64,000 nucleotides of DNA, from positions 3,100,001 through 3,164,000 of the forward strand of contig NW_027270897.1 of the NCBI RefSeq assembly GCF_040938485.1. Direction: 5' to 3'. The position numbers and the translations under genes are program-made. Below, piece by piece: positions 47,501-59,800 of the stretch (position 1 is its first letter; every line of letters starts with the position of its first letter). The notes below the pieces were generated by a model. That model saw only the letters and a program-made list of their open reading frames with translations, was not told the origin of the DNA and searched no databases. The DNA is from Diadema antillarum (lineage: Eukaryota).

Positions 47501-50500
47501 GTGCGCTTAAAGTAATATCATGTCATCATACTACAAGTATAGGAATCTCATTGTGACTTTAAGTGAATCGGGGATAGCTATAAGTAGGGCTGAAGACAGA
47601 CGAACGTGATAAATGTGATATTGTTCAATATGAAACGTAGATGATGATTCCGTTATAGTTCGTCATTTCAGAGATTCGTTAATCCGAAAATGGAATGAGG
47701 TTCGTTCTTCCGAAGGTTCATTAATCCGAAAATTAGATAAGGTTCGTTATTCCGGAGGTTCGTTAATCTGAAAACGAAATAAGGTTTGTAATTCCGAACG
47801 TTCGCACGCACCTTCTTTTTATTTACGGATTAATGAAATCTTGGAATAACAAACATCATCCGTTGATTCTACCCCCAGTCTAGCCGCCCACAAGTGGACA
47901 CCTCACAGTGATCTTCACTTCTATGGTGCTACCAAGGTGATGCTGCTAGCCATCCAGGAAGGTTTCCGACAAGAGCTGAGAGAGATCAACTCCAACATCA
48001 GAATATCGGTGACTTTACTACAAGACTTCCTCATCATTTCCAACCTCACTCCGCATTAAAAGCCCTCGTATTTAGTAGGCAGGTAGTTTGTAATGGTATC
48101 TGTAATCTCGTCAATGTATGTCCGATCTTCGTATATTACACATTATTTTGAGAATTTAAGACAGTTTGTCATGTTGCGATGAAGCAATTTGTTTGAATCA
48201 TACGCAAAATAATATTCTGCTGTTTTGGATAACAGCAAGTCTAACACCAGTCTTCGGCTTCGTAAGATAATGCACAGGAACAAAGTAATTACATCTTTAT
48301 ATAAGTATACCTTTGATAACCGAGATGAGAATATTAAGTAGCTCTTTGATAAGGTTCCACAGATCAAAGACATTTTACATTTATTCCTTTCAGGGTATCT
48401 CACCTGGTCAGGGAAACACGCGCTTCTACCCCGACATGTATGGCGAAAAGGAAAGCAAAATACCACTTTTGCCAAAGGTAGGAATGGGTCGCAATAAAAA
48501 TAAAGAAACGATACTAGTACTTTCGTTGTTAACGCGCGATACCTAATACTACCCTCTTGTGTCCCCTTTATTTCCTTATGTACTCTACTCTCATTATTTC
48601 TTTGCAGAACAATGTTCACATGACGGACCGCAAACGTACAATGTATAATGTGTGCACCGTCGCAAGCAAATATCCCTTTTCAGTGACATTGGAAACCTCA
48701 ACGTTTTTGATGAGGACAGGCAACAATCTTTACAAATCATAACACACAATATGTCATTGGAGGAGGATGAATTACATTATGATGTAGTGGAACGGTGTTT
48801 CTCTTTGACAGATATACTAATACATCAAAGAAAACTTCGTTTTGGGAGCCACCAGATTTTCTTGCATGACAGATGAATGCCCGAAGATCCTTCCGTCCTC
48901 TTAAACTAATTTACTCAACGTGACAGAAACAAATAATGGATAATTTATGCAAATTTGGGAATGATTACTTTAGATTTCTCTGTAATACTTTTTTAATGAT
49001 TATAATGATGCTCGCATAGTAACATTCACAAAACCTTTGCAGATAACGAGGAGATAGCAAGAATCTATAACAGGAAAGAGATTTCAATTTTCAAAGGACC
49101 TTTTACAAAGAAGAGGAAAAAGCGTATAAACATGATTTCCCTGAAAACGAGATGTAAAGTGTCAGATATCTTATTTGCATCCGGTGTAATGATTCTAACC
49201 CTGTTTCTTTGGAGAAATCAATGGTAGGAATCGCATTAGCCATGTCAAGCTCTCACCGTTGGTGGGGTAAGTACAGGAACAGGAAAAAGACACACATGAT
49301 ATCATTCTGATTGTGTGGGTCGTAATAATGTTCATAAGTTCCTCAGTTAATTCCCTACCTGGTACCTGGTTGGCCCTGTGCTCACTCTTCAGGAGTCATA
49401 AAAAGAACATTCTAGAGAACAGATTAACAAGTGTCTATTACTACTTCACTTTCCAGCCTCCACACCCCCCCCCCCCCTCCTCCTGAAGAATGGACACATT
49501 TTATTCACGCCTCTTTAATCAAAGAAAGTCGCCGTGCTTCGTCGATAATTATTATAACCTTAATATTATCAGGAAAGAAATTGTCAGGCGAGAAATTCAA
49601 ATGTTACACAAATGAATTGTATGGCCACCCATATAGGATAGTTCGTCTGAGTGTAATTCTCCCTTGTCTCATTTTATAGCAACTTGAACCAGAAGACATC
49701 GCGGGTGTGGTGGAGTACATTCTAGGAACTCCCAAGCATGTTCAGGTAAGGAGATAAGATGGAGATGCTCTCGTTTCAAGTCATACAACTTCGCTCCATC
49801 TTTCCATCATCTGAATTATGATTTCTTATTTGTAATATATAGATTGTAGATAAATACGGCATCATAGAGTCGTGAAAGGCAAAATTACTATTTGCAGATG
49901 ACCAAAAAAAAACAGCTTTAGTGCTTCAAAATAGGTCTAAAGTGTGAGTTAGGGATAGAAACAACCAATGTACATCTTTGAATCAGTATGATTAATGATA
50001 AGTATTGTAATATATACAAAATGTGAACAATAGTTATAATAAAAATTTTCTAGACTAAACCGACTATAGCACAGTTATGGTTTATTGAGAAGAACAGTGA
50101 TATCTCCTTGAATTTTAGTCTTTATTGCAAAATGTTAACATAGTAGAATGTTTTGTGATATAACTGACCTACACATACAACTGACATACTAATCAAAAAG
50201 TAATGTGATATCTGGAACATTTTTCTTTAAATCACTGCTCCCAAGGTAAGCTGTACCTTTAAGATATTTTAGATTAAGCTTTTGAAAGATCGCCTCATCT
50301 TTGTTTTCACCTTTAAGTTATCTTTGTTATCATATCTGAAACGTCGATGATGCAAGATTTTGAGATGTCACCATCATCGTTTTAATTCATACTTCGTATT
50401 GTGAAGTACTCATTCAAGTCTTTTCGCTGTTTATTATGTATGTGCAGGACGTTTGCATTGGAGTTCATGAAAGTAATGGTCGGTAGAGTTGAAGAGCTAT

Positions 50501-51404
50501 ATTTACAAGATTCTTCATTTCTTTCTTTCTCTCTTGGTCTTTCCTTTTGTCTGTCCTTTAATATTTGGGTGCACGTTACGAGACCGACACGTACCCATGA
50601 GTCATACAGCCCACAAGTCATACAGCTCACAAGTCATACAGCCCACGAGTCATACAGCTCACAAGTCATACAGCCCATGAGTTCGACACTAAGCCAACAA
50701 GGCCCACGAGACCGACACATTACGCGCCGTGTTGTATCTGTCGAACTCGTGGGCTGTTTTTACCTAGCGTCGAACTCATGGGCTTTATTTGCCTAGTGTC
50801 GAACCCATGGGCTGTATGACTCGTGAGCTATATGACTCATGGTCCTGTTTTCAATGTCGAACTCGTGGGCTGTATGACTCGTGGGTGTCGGTCTAGTGGG
50901 ATGACCCCTAATATTTTACGTTAAATTAAGTGTTGCTTTTTTTTTTGTGGGCTTACTATCACTTCTGCTGCTTTGTTCTAACCCGGATCGGTACTTCGTC
51001 TCTGTTTTACCTTACTGAGCGCATAGCGACATTATCACTACGCGTTATGCGCTTTACACTGTCGATTATCATTTTGCGCCGTTTTTAACTTGTAACTAGA
51101 GTTTTTTAGGAGGGTACTGCAGACTACAAACTCTGCTCTTTAGCAGTCCTCTCCATTTCCAACCATTTTTTTTTTTGTATTTTGTCTTAAAATTTGCCAA
51201 ATTATATCACTTTTCATAGCTTGTTTTTCAGTGCTTTGTTGTATCATTAGTATATTAAATGTTGTAATCATATGTGTTGAAAATGAAATAAAACGAAACA
51301 AAAATGTCCTCTTTAAAACTGAGTTACCTTTTCTTTTTCCTACTTTTTTCTTCTTTCCACCACAGGTTCACGATGTCTTACTGCGTCCGGTTATCCAGCC
51401 ATAG
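35850..51404 (+). CDS. DHRS11: DHRS11-like short-chain dehydrogenase/reductase, 7 coding exons, 251 aa (exon 1B or 1A + 46377-46580, 47221-47315, 47879-48008, 48394-48477, 49680-49745, 51366-51404)
   Basis: In-frame joins (phases 0,0,2,0,0,0). DHRS11-type motifs CDVS, VNV, DDGxxINxxS, HFYGATK (YxxxK), FRQELRE, ISPG, LEPEDIA, RP; TAG at 51402-51404. Confidence 0.92.
36205..36567 (-). mobile_element. tRNA-derived SINE (head, central body, (AAAC)n tail)
   Basis: Minus strand: TGGCTCAGTCGG A box and GGTTCGATTCCC B box at 36560-36500; about 300-bp body; AAAC-type tail near 36205. Confidence 0.7.
37688..37715. mobile_element. 28-bp CAGGGAGGTG...CACCTCCCTG insert, 7-bp TSD GTATGAC (transposon footprint)
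   Basis: Perfect 10-bp IR; GTATGAC at 37681-37687 and 37716-37722. Confidence 0.8.
38283..38302. mobile_element. 20-bp CAGGGAGG..CACCTCCCTG insert, 7-bp TSD ATTCTGC (transposon footprint)
   Basis: ATTCTGC at 38276-38282 and 38303-38309; same termini as 37688. Confidence 0.8.
38303..38669 (+). mobile_element. L2-clade LINE 3' fragment with (CAT)n tail
   Basis: Degraded ORF FKAINGLAPGYLSSL...YGDRAFSSIAPRLWNSLP...FKASLKTHIF, then an L2-type 3'UTR and a (CAT) run. Confidence 0.85.
38792..39030. repeat. Local tandem duplication, period about 115 bp, two copies
   Basis: tatacacacatatgaaacatct...ggctttgcatttcaaagaattcttcatttctat recurs at 38792 and 38907. Confidence 0.85.
39738..40313. mobile_element. 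TTAA-flanked long-palindrome MITE (Kolobok/Angel-like)
   Basis: TTAAAGGACAAGTTCACCTTC... / ...GAAGGTGAACTTGTCCTTTAA; arms pair over more than 200 bp. Confidence 0.9.
40353..40697. mobile_element. Harbinger-like MITE with GTTTT expansion in the left arm
   Basis: TAAGG..CGTTT.C.C termini; inner IR TTTTGCTATGGTGCGCCAAAAGGAA..ATGTCTGGTTCTGTTA mirrored at 40627-40670. Confidence 0.75.
41198..41575. mobile_element. piggyBac-type MITE
   Basis: TTAA-CCCATTAGTAAGTGAA / TTCATTTGCTAAAGGG-TTAA. Confidence 0.75.
41817..44532 (-). mobile_element. 5'-truncated L1-clade (Tx1-like) non-LTR retrotransposon: RT C-terminal half, zinc knuckle, about 860-bp 3'UTR, poly(A); frameshifted
   Basis: GVRQGDPLSPYLF, YADD, SGLIVNKDK, LTLMGKIHLLKT..LS, CSFC..ERETYSHIFFDC. 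Sense-strand AATAAA at 41845-41840, then an A-rich tail at 41825-41817. Confidence 0.92.
44533..44578. repeat. (CA)23 microsatellite at the 5' junction of the L1 element
   Basis: Direct reading. Confidence 0.95.
46377..46580 (+). CDS. DHRS11: SDR exon 2 (KVVDTVTADGGDIHAAQCDVSDE...VDVSVQCAG...WRIMTE)
   Basis: ttttttgcag acceptor, GAG/GTTTGC donor, 68 codons. Confidence 0.92.
47221..47315 (+). CDS. DHRS11: SDR exon 3 (VNVLGTLFCCREAVDLMKKHNVDDGVLINLV)
   Basis: gttatgacag acceptor, AG/GTAATT donor. Confidence 0.92.
47648..47864. mobile_element. Foldback-like repeat of GGTTCGTTAATCCGAA units with an inverted copy
   Basis: Several ggttcgtt(a/c)(a/t)tccgaa units; ttacggattaatgaaatcttggaataac is their reverse complement. 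Confidence 0.6.
47879..48008 (+). CDS. DHRS11: SDR exon 4 with catalytic YGATK
   Basis: ctacccccag acceptor, TCG/GTGACT donor; LAAHKWTPHSDLHFYGATK...FRQELREINSNIRIS. Confidence 0.92.
48394..48477 (+). CDS. DHRS11: SDR exon 5 (GISPGQGNTRFYPDMYGEKESKIPLLPK)
   Basis: ttcctttcag acceptor, AAG/GTAGGA donor. Confidence 0.9.
49680..49745 (+). CDS. DHRS11: SDR exon 6 (QLEPEDIAGVVEYILGTPKHVQ)
   Basis: cattttatag acceptor, CAG/GTAAGG donor. Confidence 0.92.
50567..50908. mobile_element. Foldback-type MITE with 16-bp tandem arrays and 8-bp TSD TAATATTT
   Basis: gagaccgacac/gtgtcggtct IR; five CACAAGTCATACAGC(C/T) units and inverted copies; TSD at 50559-50566 and 50909-50916. Confidence 0.8.
51366..51404 (+). 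CDS. DHRS11: SDR terminal exon (VHDVLLRPVIQP*)
   Basis: Long pyrimidine tract + ccacag acceptor; typical DHRS11 D...RP tail; TAG. Confidence 0.88.
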   Translation, partial: VHDVLLRPVIQP

Positions 51405-52617
51405 AGTATTAGCGACTATATTCACGCCCCTGTTTTAAGGAGCATGGGGTGTAAGAGATGTTGCTTTGTAAGACCATTCTCCAATGCATCGCAGTAGCGA
51501 TGTACGCCAACAGGGAAAGCCTTAAAGTGCTATCACATGATAATCCTTCTATGCAGTAGCAAGTGATTTTTGGCACACAAGATGTATACAATGTTCGATG
51601 TGTACATAGAAAATTTATCTTTTCAATATCATTCTTCTGATCGTGTCATTATGATTGTCTTCCAATAGTAATTTCCTTGGTATGATTTACTCTTTTCTGC
51701 GGGATATCATCAGATGGAGTCTGCCAATCAAAGGGGTCATTTAACACAGTAACGTCTATCGAACTCATTTATCGTACAGAATCACGGGTACCTATTTGCG
51801 TCCTTACTTGGTTCGAAAAGCCAAATAAATTCGTCTAGATTTCAGGTTCATTAATGGATGCCAGCGACGGACATGACTCCTCCGACATTCAAGCATCGTT
51901 GCCGATCTGAAGCGCCATGTGTGGCGATAAGGGCTTGTCACGCCTTGTCGAGTCGAGCTGGGACAGTGTTGTGCGGACTACAGAGGGCGGGCTGCGGGAT
52001 GTCGCTCAGTATCAACATTTTGCTCGAGAAGCGTAATACGATGTGCACTGCATATCTTTTTCTCTCTCTCTTTAATGTTAAGTACAAACTGCCAGAAAAA
52101 CAAAACAAAACTAAACAAGAACAAAACCCCTTATCGTTACTTGCCTCTGTATATAAGGAGTGGGAGGTACACCGACTGTACTCCCGAAGTTTGTTTTTGT
52201 TCCTTTTTTATTTCTCTCCAAGACTCCAGCTATCGGATGAACCGGTAACCACAAATACAAGCTAATTTTTTTTTTCAATAGCCGTCTGCCCACTGCTAAG
52301 GGAGACCTTGTTTGAATACTGAAAAATTCAACTCTCTAAATCAGCGGTTAGATTAACCTGCATGCTTGTCGAGTGCGTATTTCATCTAATTAGCTATATT
52401 ATACTACACAATGACCGAAAAGCCTCAGAGATTATAAGATTTTCGTGACAATAGCATGGCAAGCAGAATGGATTTGTTTTAAAGATGTTTGAGATATGAA
52501 TCCAATCCATGTGTGCTATAAAAGGACATTTTTTTCCCGTCAGAAGTCATTTAGTTGTCGTGTAATTTACAAACAAAGTCAGATGTCAGAGGCATGCAAC
52601 GCTGTGTACAACAGGAC

Positions 52618-52790
52618 CAGGGCCCTGTTTCGTAAAGCTGGTCGTATAGTTACGAACGACTTACGAGTGACTGGTGATCAGTTCTAGTGCTGAATTACTG
52701 AAATTCTAATAAGTGTAGCACATCAGAACTGATCACCAGTCGCTCGTAAGTCGTTCGTAACTTTATGAACAGCTTTATGAAACACCCTCA
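52618..52790. mobile_element. Short hairpin MITE
   Basis: tgtttcgtaaagctg.tcgta.agttacgaacgacttacgagtgactggtgatcagttct is mirrored at 52726-52784. Confidence 0.85.
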
Positions 52791-53294
52791 GGGCACTTTG
52801 TCTTTATAGTATAGCAACACGATCATGTCGTTACCACTAATTTCACTGTAGTAAATTCATTACCCACGGCAGGTGAAGCATTTCCAAAAACCTGTGTTTT
52901 TACACCCTAACAACTTAGCAGCTGTTATTTTTATTGTATTACCCCATCCTCATTTAAAAAAAAAAATCGCACCCCCACCCCGATGAGATAGCGAAACACC
53001 TTTCACGGCTGATCGCATTGTCGTATTAGATCGTTGAGTGTTTACTTTTACTACCACGCGTCAGTGTATCGTACACATAATTATATCAATTATAGATTCA
53101 TCTACTGTAGTATTTACGCAATACAATTTACTCCGAGTCTTTTTGACATCAGGCGAACTAGTGTACCTGCGTTATTACAAGGATTTGATTAAACAAACAC
53201 CTGAAATAAATACTATGTACTAATCTTTATCGCTGTTATTGTCGTCTCATTGACAAAATGCTGATACAAAACTGTACTCTCTTTTATTTTTTCG

Positions 53295-53557
53295 NNNNNN
53301 NNNNNNNNNNNNNNNNNNNNNNNNNNNNNNNNNNNNNNNNNNNNNNNNNNNNNNNNNNNNNNNNNNNNNNNNNNNNNNNNNNNNNNNNNNNNNNNNNNNN
53401 NNNNNNNNNNNNNNNNNNNNNNNNNNNNNNNNNNNNNNNNNNNNNNNNNNNNNNNNNNNNNNNNNNNNNNNNNNNNNNNNNNNNNNNNNNNNNNNNNNNN
53501 NNNNNNNNNNNNNNNNNNNNNNNNNNNNNNNNNNNNNNNNNNNNNNNNNNNNNNNNN
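53295..53557. other. Assembly gap (263 N)
   Basis: Run of N. Confidence 1.
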
Positions 53558-53820
53558 GTTGGAGTAGTAGTAGTAGTAGTAGTGTTTATTGTCAGTATGC
53601 TCTGAATCTACTGATTTGATATGTAATCAGATGTATATTATACATATATATTGACAAACAGATAGAGAGATAGATAGATTAGCACATAGATAAGTAGATA
53701 GATAGATCGACAGATAGACAGACAGACATATAGATGAATACATTGATAGAAAGAAAAAAAGAAAGATAGATAGATAGATGGATAGATAGATAGATTGATA
53801 GAAATATAGATATGACGATA
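53558..53820. repeat. (TAG)n and degenerate (GATA)n repeats next to the gap
   Basis: Direct reading. Confidence 0.8.
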
Positions 53821-56800
53821 TATTATGACATACATAATCAAAGTTAACAAACAACTTTTTTTTAAGGAATCTATTTTCTATAAAAACAAAGGGGCAAAGA
53901 CACACAATCACACATACACCATCACACAAGCACACACAAACACAATGACTTGGGCTCACCATGTTTCTTGCTGCACAGTCAGTCAATATTGAATTTGGGT
54001 CATTATTATATACCTCCCTCTATTGGGCTGATTCAACAACACTTCAGCCAATCCTGATTGTCTCAAACAGTGACTCGGGGCCGCGCCTCCTCGGTGTAAC
54101 TGTATCAAGCAGGAACATTATTATCGATTGGAGATGGAGACTTTTTTTTCTATCATGATAATGATTTTCATAAGTATCTATACAGTACTATCAAAGATGA
54201 TCTTGATTTTCCATGGAAGTCAAAGGACATGCAGCACAATGTCAACTCACATACCAAGCTAAGCTCGCATTCTAGCTCATGGTATATGATAGATAATCTT
54301 AGCACACGTTATAATGACGAACAAAATCAAATCATATTTCTCTCTCCCTCTCGTTGTCTCCCCTCACCCCCACCACCCCCTCTCTCCGTCCCCTGCATCC
54401 CCCCTCTCTCTCTCTGTCTGCCCCCCCCCCCCGCCCGCCCTCCTTCCCCATATCTCATCGGACTCATTGCCCGAGGAGTTTCGTCGCTTTTAAGAGTAAG
54501 GCGTTCATTTCCCTGGCATAATATATTAACACTGTCATTACGGTTGGCAACCCGATTGCACGTGATGTCAATTACATTTTTCTGGAGGTGGTCTCTAGCG
54601 TGTTAACAAGACCCACTTTCCATCTCGAGAGAGTGCTCGCCCGAACTATCCGCAGCAATTTGACACTTCTGTCAGAGCGCGCACATTACAGCAGAGTGTA
54701 ATATCGGGAAGAGACTCTTAATTAGTGCACTGGAAATCTTTAAATTATCATAGAGTGATGAGGAGTCGGGTCTGATGCACCAAAAGTGCTCAGGTTGGAT
54801 TTCACCCCCCCCCCTCCCCCTACACACGATCCACTTTTGACATGTTTTCAATTTCTGCTCCAATAAACGCTCTCATCTAGATTTTAAAGGAGTACGTATA
54901 CACACACCCATATGTTACGACGCTACAAATGTTCAAGTTCACTTCAACTCGATTATTTTTCGCCTTGACTGAGGATTGCGGTTTATTGCTACTAATGAAC
55001 ATGCTAATGTCATTAAGTGACCTAGGAAGAGACTTATGATCTTGCCATATATCACATATTTTTCTTCATCTAAAACTAATCAAGGGAGGAAGAAGTAAGC
55101 TAATAGGGCAGGAATTGAAGAGGGTAGGAAGGAAGCAAGATAGAAACACTACAAAACGCCGACAATTAAGAAAAATAAAATAAACTCAAAGTTGAATTTT
55201 AAAGCTGAGGTAGAGCAGTAACCATAATTCCAATCAACAAAACACGCAATTAGCAGAACTTCGTCGAAGTTGAATTTAGTGCGTGTTCATGTCGAATAAT
55301 CATATTTATTCTCGTAACGAAAGTCATCGCATATTCTCTAAACTTTCTTGTAAGTGCATGCAGCCTACCTCTTTTCATATACGGCAGTCATGAAAATAAA
55401 TCTAGCGTCAGCATACAACATAATTATTATACCATGACAGCAGTGGTTAACTCATACTGTCACATAAAGCACTGACACTTCAGAAGTCAACATGAAGTAA
55501 ACGTCAACCGAAACGAGGAAATAGCATGAGTGAAACTGCAGGGGAAAAACAGGTACGTATCCTAAATGGATTACCGATTAAAAGGAGCAGCGTTCATGTC
55601 GCTTATGATCTCACAAAATCAAATGTGGCGTGAAAATATCTACCACCTTAAAACCCAGGCCTGGTCCCTTTAAGTATCTCTCGTTTGACTTCCTGAAGAA
55701 GTTTATTCCTCCATTAGTGCGGAAAACTCTCGCCTCGGGCCCGCCTTCGAGATCTGAGCATTCGCGTTGAATAATTTTCAAAATTCCCCCCTCATTGGCT
55801 ATGTCAGGCCGGGCCGATGTGACTGCCGTGAACCAAACGCGATACGCCGTCTGCGATGCGCGGGGGATGTGCCCTCGGGGCAGTACTGGCATAGAGATGT
55901 ATAGAAACGTGGGTCAATGACTTCGCTGAGAAAGAGGAGCTCATTGCAAACTCGGGGAGAAATCAGCGGCACATCTCCAATACACCTTGGGCAATGTTTG
56001 GCTGAATAGTCAAGCAGGTTATATCCCCCGTCGTCTGGAAACGGTGGCTAGGGTATCTCTCAATTATCATTCAATGGGAGGAATAAGTGATTATTGACAT
56101 AGTTCCTTAATTGTTCCAAATTATGTTGGATGCAAAACCTCCTTCGTCTGGAGATTTTGCACACGGACGATGGTCTCTGTTTCTGTCATGGTTGAACACT
56201 TGAAGTCTATGGGCAATTTATATTCAACGGAGAATTACCTCAGAGTAATATGTGTAACGGTTTGCTGCATCGTTTGAGCAAGCAAGACAATTTTGAAAAC
56301 AACAACAACAACAACAACAACAACGACGACAAAAAGTTACCTCCTCCGATGCAAGACACAAGCCTATAATTATACTAACGCTACGGTCGGAACGAACGAA
56401 AGAATTAGTTAACGCTAAACATTGTTATTTCTTGATAGGAGTTATAATCCCTGGTGAAATGATTCGTCAAAATGCCGCTAAGAGCGAGAGAAGAAAATGG
56501 CAGTCGTGATATGGCGATGGACGACATTATGAGTAAACAAAGCATTCTCGACTGACGAAAGCACAAAGAGCTGAACAGTTTTCTTGTTTAACGCTATATA
56601 TTCAAACGTAAGCATTTCAACAGCAAGACAGGTGTATTAGCTGCTGACGGCTCATGCAAAAATGCCAATCAAGACCAACAAACCTACTTCAATACTTTCG
56701 TCATTGCGGTCTTACTATTCTTTAAAGTAAACTTTACATTTACAACCAAGTCGCCTCGAAAGAAATTTAATTGCGGTCGTTATTTCTCTCGAGGATGCTT

Positions 56801-59800
56801 ACAACTACACGACGTATTAAAAAAAAAACTCACAGAAGAGAAAAACAGGGAAACGGCGGAATAAGCTGTCATGCCTGTCCAACGCCTGGCTCAAGCGTGC
56901 CGGCAGAAATTCTAGATGCTGGCGTATCCGGTCAGTCGCTCATTAACCAGAAGTGCAGCAGTCGCAGCGGAGGTTACTACCGGTCAAACTGCGAGAGCCA
57001 TGCAGGAATGGAATATATCGACAGCGCAACAAATTCAGCAACGGGCGACTGGACAGCCTGGGTATCAGATCTGATACAGGCACACGTAGAAAGAAGAAGG
57101 GAAAAGAAAGAAATGAATAATGAGAAAGCGAGGAGTGGAAGAGCTGAGAAGAAAATGTGACTAGCAGTATATGAATGCATCCATCATACATCTCACTTTA
57201 TCACTTCAAGTGTGCGGACGTATACGTGTATAGAGGACAGTAGAAGGGGGGAAACAAAAGAACGCTTAGCGATAAAAGCAGTTGTTTGTTGTTGTTTAAG
57301 GGGAAAATAGTGAGGACCACTTGAACATGAATTGCTCCAGCCAGTTCTGGTATCATATCAAACAATATCATGAATAGTTCAAAGAATATCATTTATATTT
57401 CAACTTGTGCATCCTTTGTCTCCATGGAGGAGCTCATGAGAAAGAAGAAGAGGAAGAAGAAAGAATTTAAAGTCTCCTCATGGAGGCGCATAAACAGAAC
57501 AAAATAAAGATGTTAGTGCAACTGATGGACGCAAGAATCTCATCAATTTGAAAAATAAAGATTGTGAACTTGCCTCCAATAGGAGCTCATAAAAGGCCTA
57601 TTTTTGGGTCACACAAACATGAATATCCAACACCGCGCGCGTGTTATACCAACACACACAAACATACGTTGGGGATAGCACACATATACAATGACAATAC
57701 ACACACGTTGTATTGACAAAGGTATACAAGACTCGAAGTTGTTATATCGTACAAATTGAATTGGGTGGGAAATAGATAGGATGCACTCTCTGGATTAGAA
57801 CTTGTGCTGGAAAGGAGCTCGACTGGAGTATAGGATCTGGATCACCGAGTTTCTTCCATGTCATGTGACCAGAATAACCGCATCGCATTGGCATGAATAT
57901 TCAACTGACAGCTCCTCGTGTTATTCAATCCCTATTTTGTGGTTGCGGATTAACGTACAATTTTCCTGGAAAGCTGTAGCAGTATACAAAGTGGAAATCT
58001 AGTTGCATGTTACATAAACCTGATAAGGCATGGACCAAAAAATAAATAAATAAACAAATAAATAAATAAATAAATCAATCAATCAATCAATAAATAAAAC
58101 AGATAGCACTTGAATATGATGTGGTCAAAATGGCGACAATCAAGACTTCTATCATTGTTACCAAAACCATGAATGCCTACATTATACTCGGTATTTTGTT
58201 ATTGCATAGTTTGTAAACCTTGTAAAGCATGAAATCTGACAAAATAACACATACCGCATTTCGACAATTAAGTAAAGAAACGTCAATTAATGCACAAATT
58301 ATTTTCACCCCGCTGTGGAGAACACCCCATCCCACGACATAAGCTTTGCTATTTACGCCTACACAACAAACGTTATTATTTTAATGGTTGGTGGAATGCT
58401 AACATATCTTGCGGTATTACTATAGAGCAATGAGGTAGTAAGCGAGTTTACCTCCTCGGGGATCACAGAGTAGGGGACTTTGAATTTTCACCTCCCTGGT
58501 GAGAGGGCGCTGGGTCAATGGAGGACATATTAGTTCCGGTTCATCTGCGCACCAGTGGGAATAAAAAGAAGGCTCGTCGTGAAGACTGAAGAGGACCGGT
58601 CTTTTGTTTTGTTCTCACTCACATTTCACAGTGGTTGACGAACGAGTGTAATGCACTCTTTATGTGCCCCTGTTTCTATGAGATGACACCTCGCATTTCA
58701 GATCACGCTGGATTTCATGTGATTTGCGAGGGCGTGCACTGTTTTGGCACAAAGAGGGCACGGCCGAGCGGCACAGGGTAAATACAGGTTAACATTTCTT
58801 TCCAGTGGCAGTCTTCTCAGGTATGGTTTGTTTTCAGTGACTTGCCAAGACATAAAACTTCTTTGCCGACTATTCTAAACCTCAGGAACATTATCTTTCC
58901 ATTTCAAACAAAAAAGCACATAAGCAAAGAAGCAAACAAGAGTAAAACAAAAAGTTATAAAGGTGTCAAAGTCATAGGAAATTGAAAATGAATAGATATC
59001 ATTAACACTGTAATGTACCCACAATTATTAGTACTACAGATTACCCCCTTGCCATCCCTCTTTCTTTGATATCAGCGCAAAATTTGGGCGTAGTGAATGT
59101 CTAAATGCATGTTATTTCAGATGAAAATTTGATATGAATGTAATATGTTAAATATGTCGGGAATAAATGTATTAATTCACCTTAGCTTGTGTAGGAGTGT
59201 AATTTGAGTTTGAAACCCCCTTTCCCCCGTAATCATTTTACATTAAAAAAAAATGTGTCCGGATAACAGAGAGATCCGGATAAAGTGTGGCCGGATAAGA
59301 GAGGTCGGACTGTCTTGTCTCTTCAAGGGTAGACTTAGCAATGATGTCTTTACCGCTGAGACTTTTACATCGAATAAAGGCCTACTTTACTTGGAGACTT
59401 TCATGCGATTTTACATAGCCCTATGGAGCATTATAGGCCTACCTGTTTTTTTTTTTTTTTTTGCTTATGTTTTCTATCTCATTGCTTTAATGAGGGGCAG
59501 CAATTCACATGAAGTCTATGATTTGAGCTTTGTTTTGTAAACCCGCAGATAATTTTTCTGATGGCTAATACTCCAAGTTTAATGTCATTACTTGAAGTAC
59601 GATCAGCGCACCTTATGGGTCTATTCATACACAACCTTCAGTCACATGCGTTATTTCGCAGGTCTGTCTGCATGGCCCATTCGTGAACGAGACATGCGAA
59701 ATTCATCAGCTGCCGCCAATTGTTTTATCTGCAACTGTGGGTATCTTACACGGATTAAGATTGATTAGCAGCAAAGCACAACATAGTCTGACATGGATAG

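Noticed and set aside
48652-48876. ORF containing DEDRQQ, resembling the nAChR DEKNQ exon
   Set aside because: No flanking receptor homology or splice pattern; lies in an SDR intron
50401-50796. ORFs with HESYS/VIQ repeats
   Set aside because: Translation of the 16-bp tandem array in a MITE
51858-52265. 135-aa ORF downstream of the SDR
   Set aside because: No motifs, low-complexity tail; likely 3'UTR or intergenic
59662-59740. 79-nt AG/GT-bounded segment as an exon of a third gene
   Set aside because: No recognisable peptide in any frame and no partner exons could be joined
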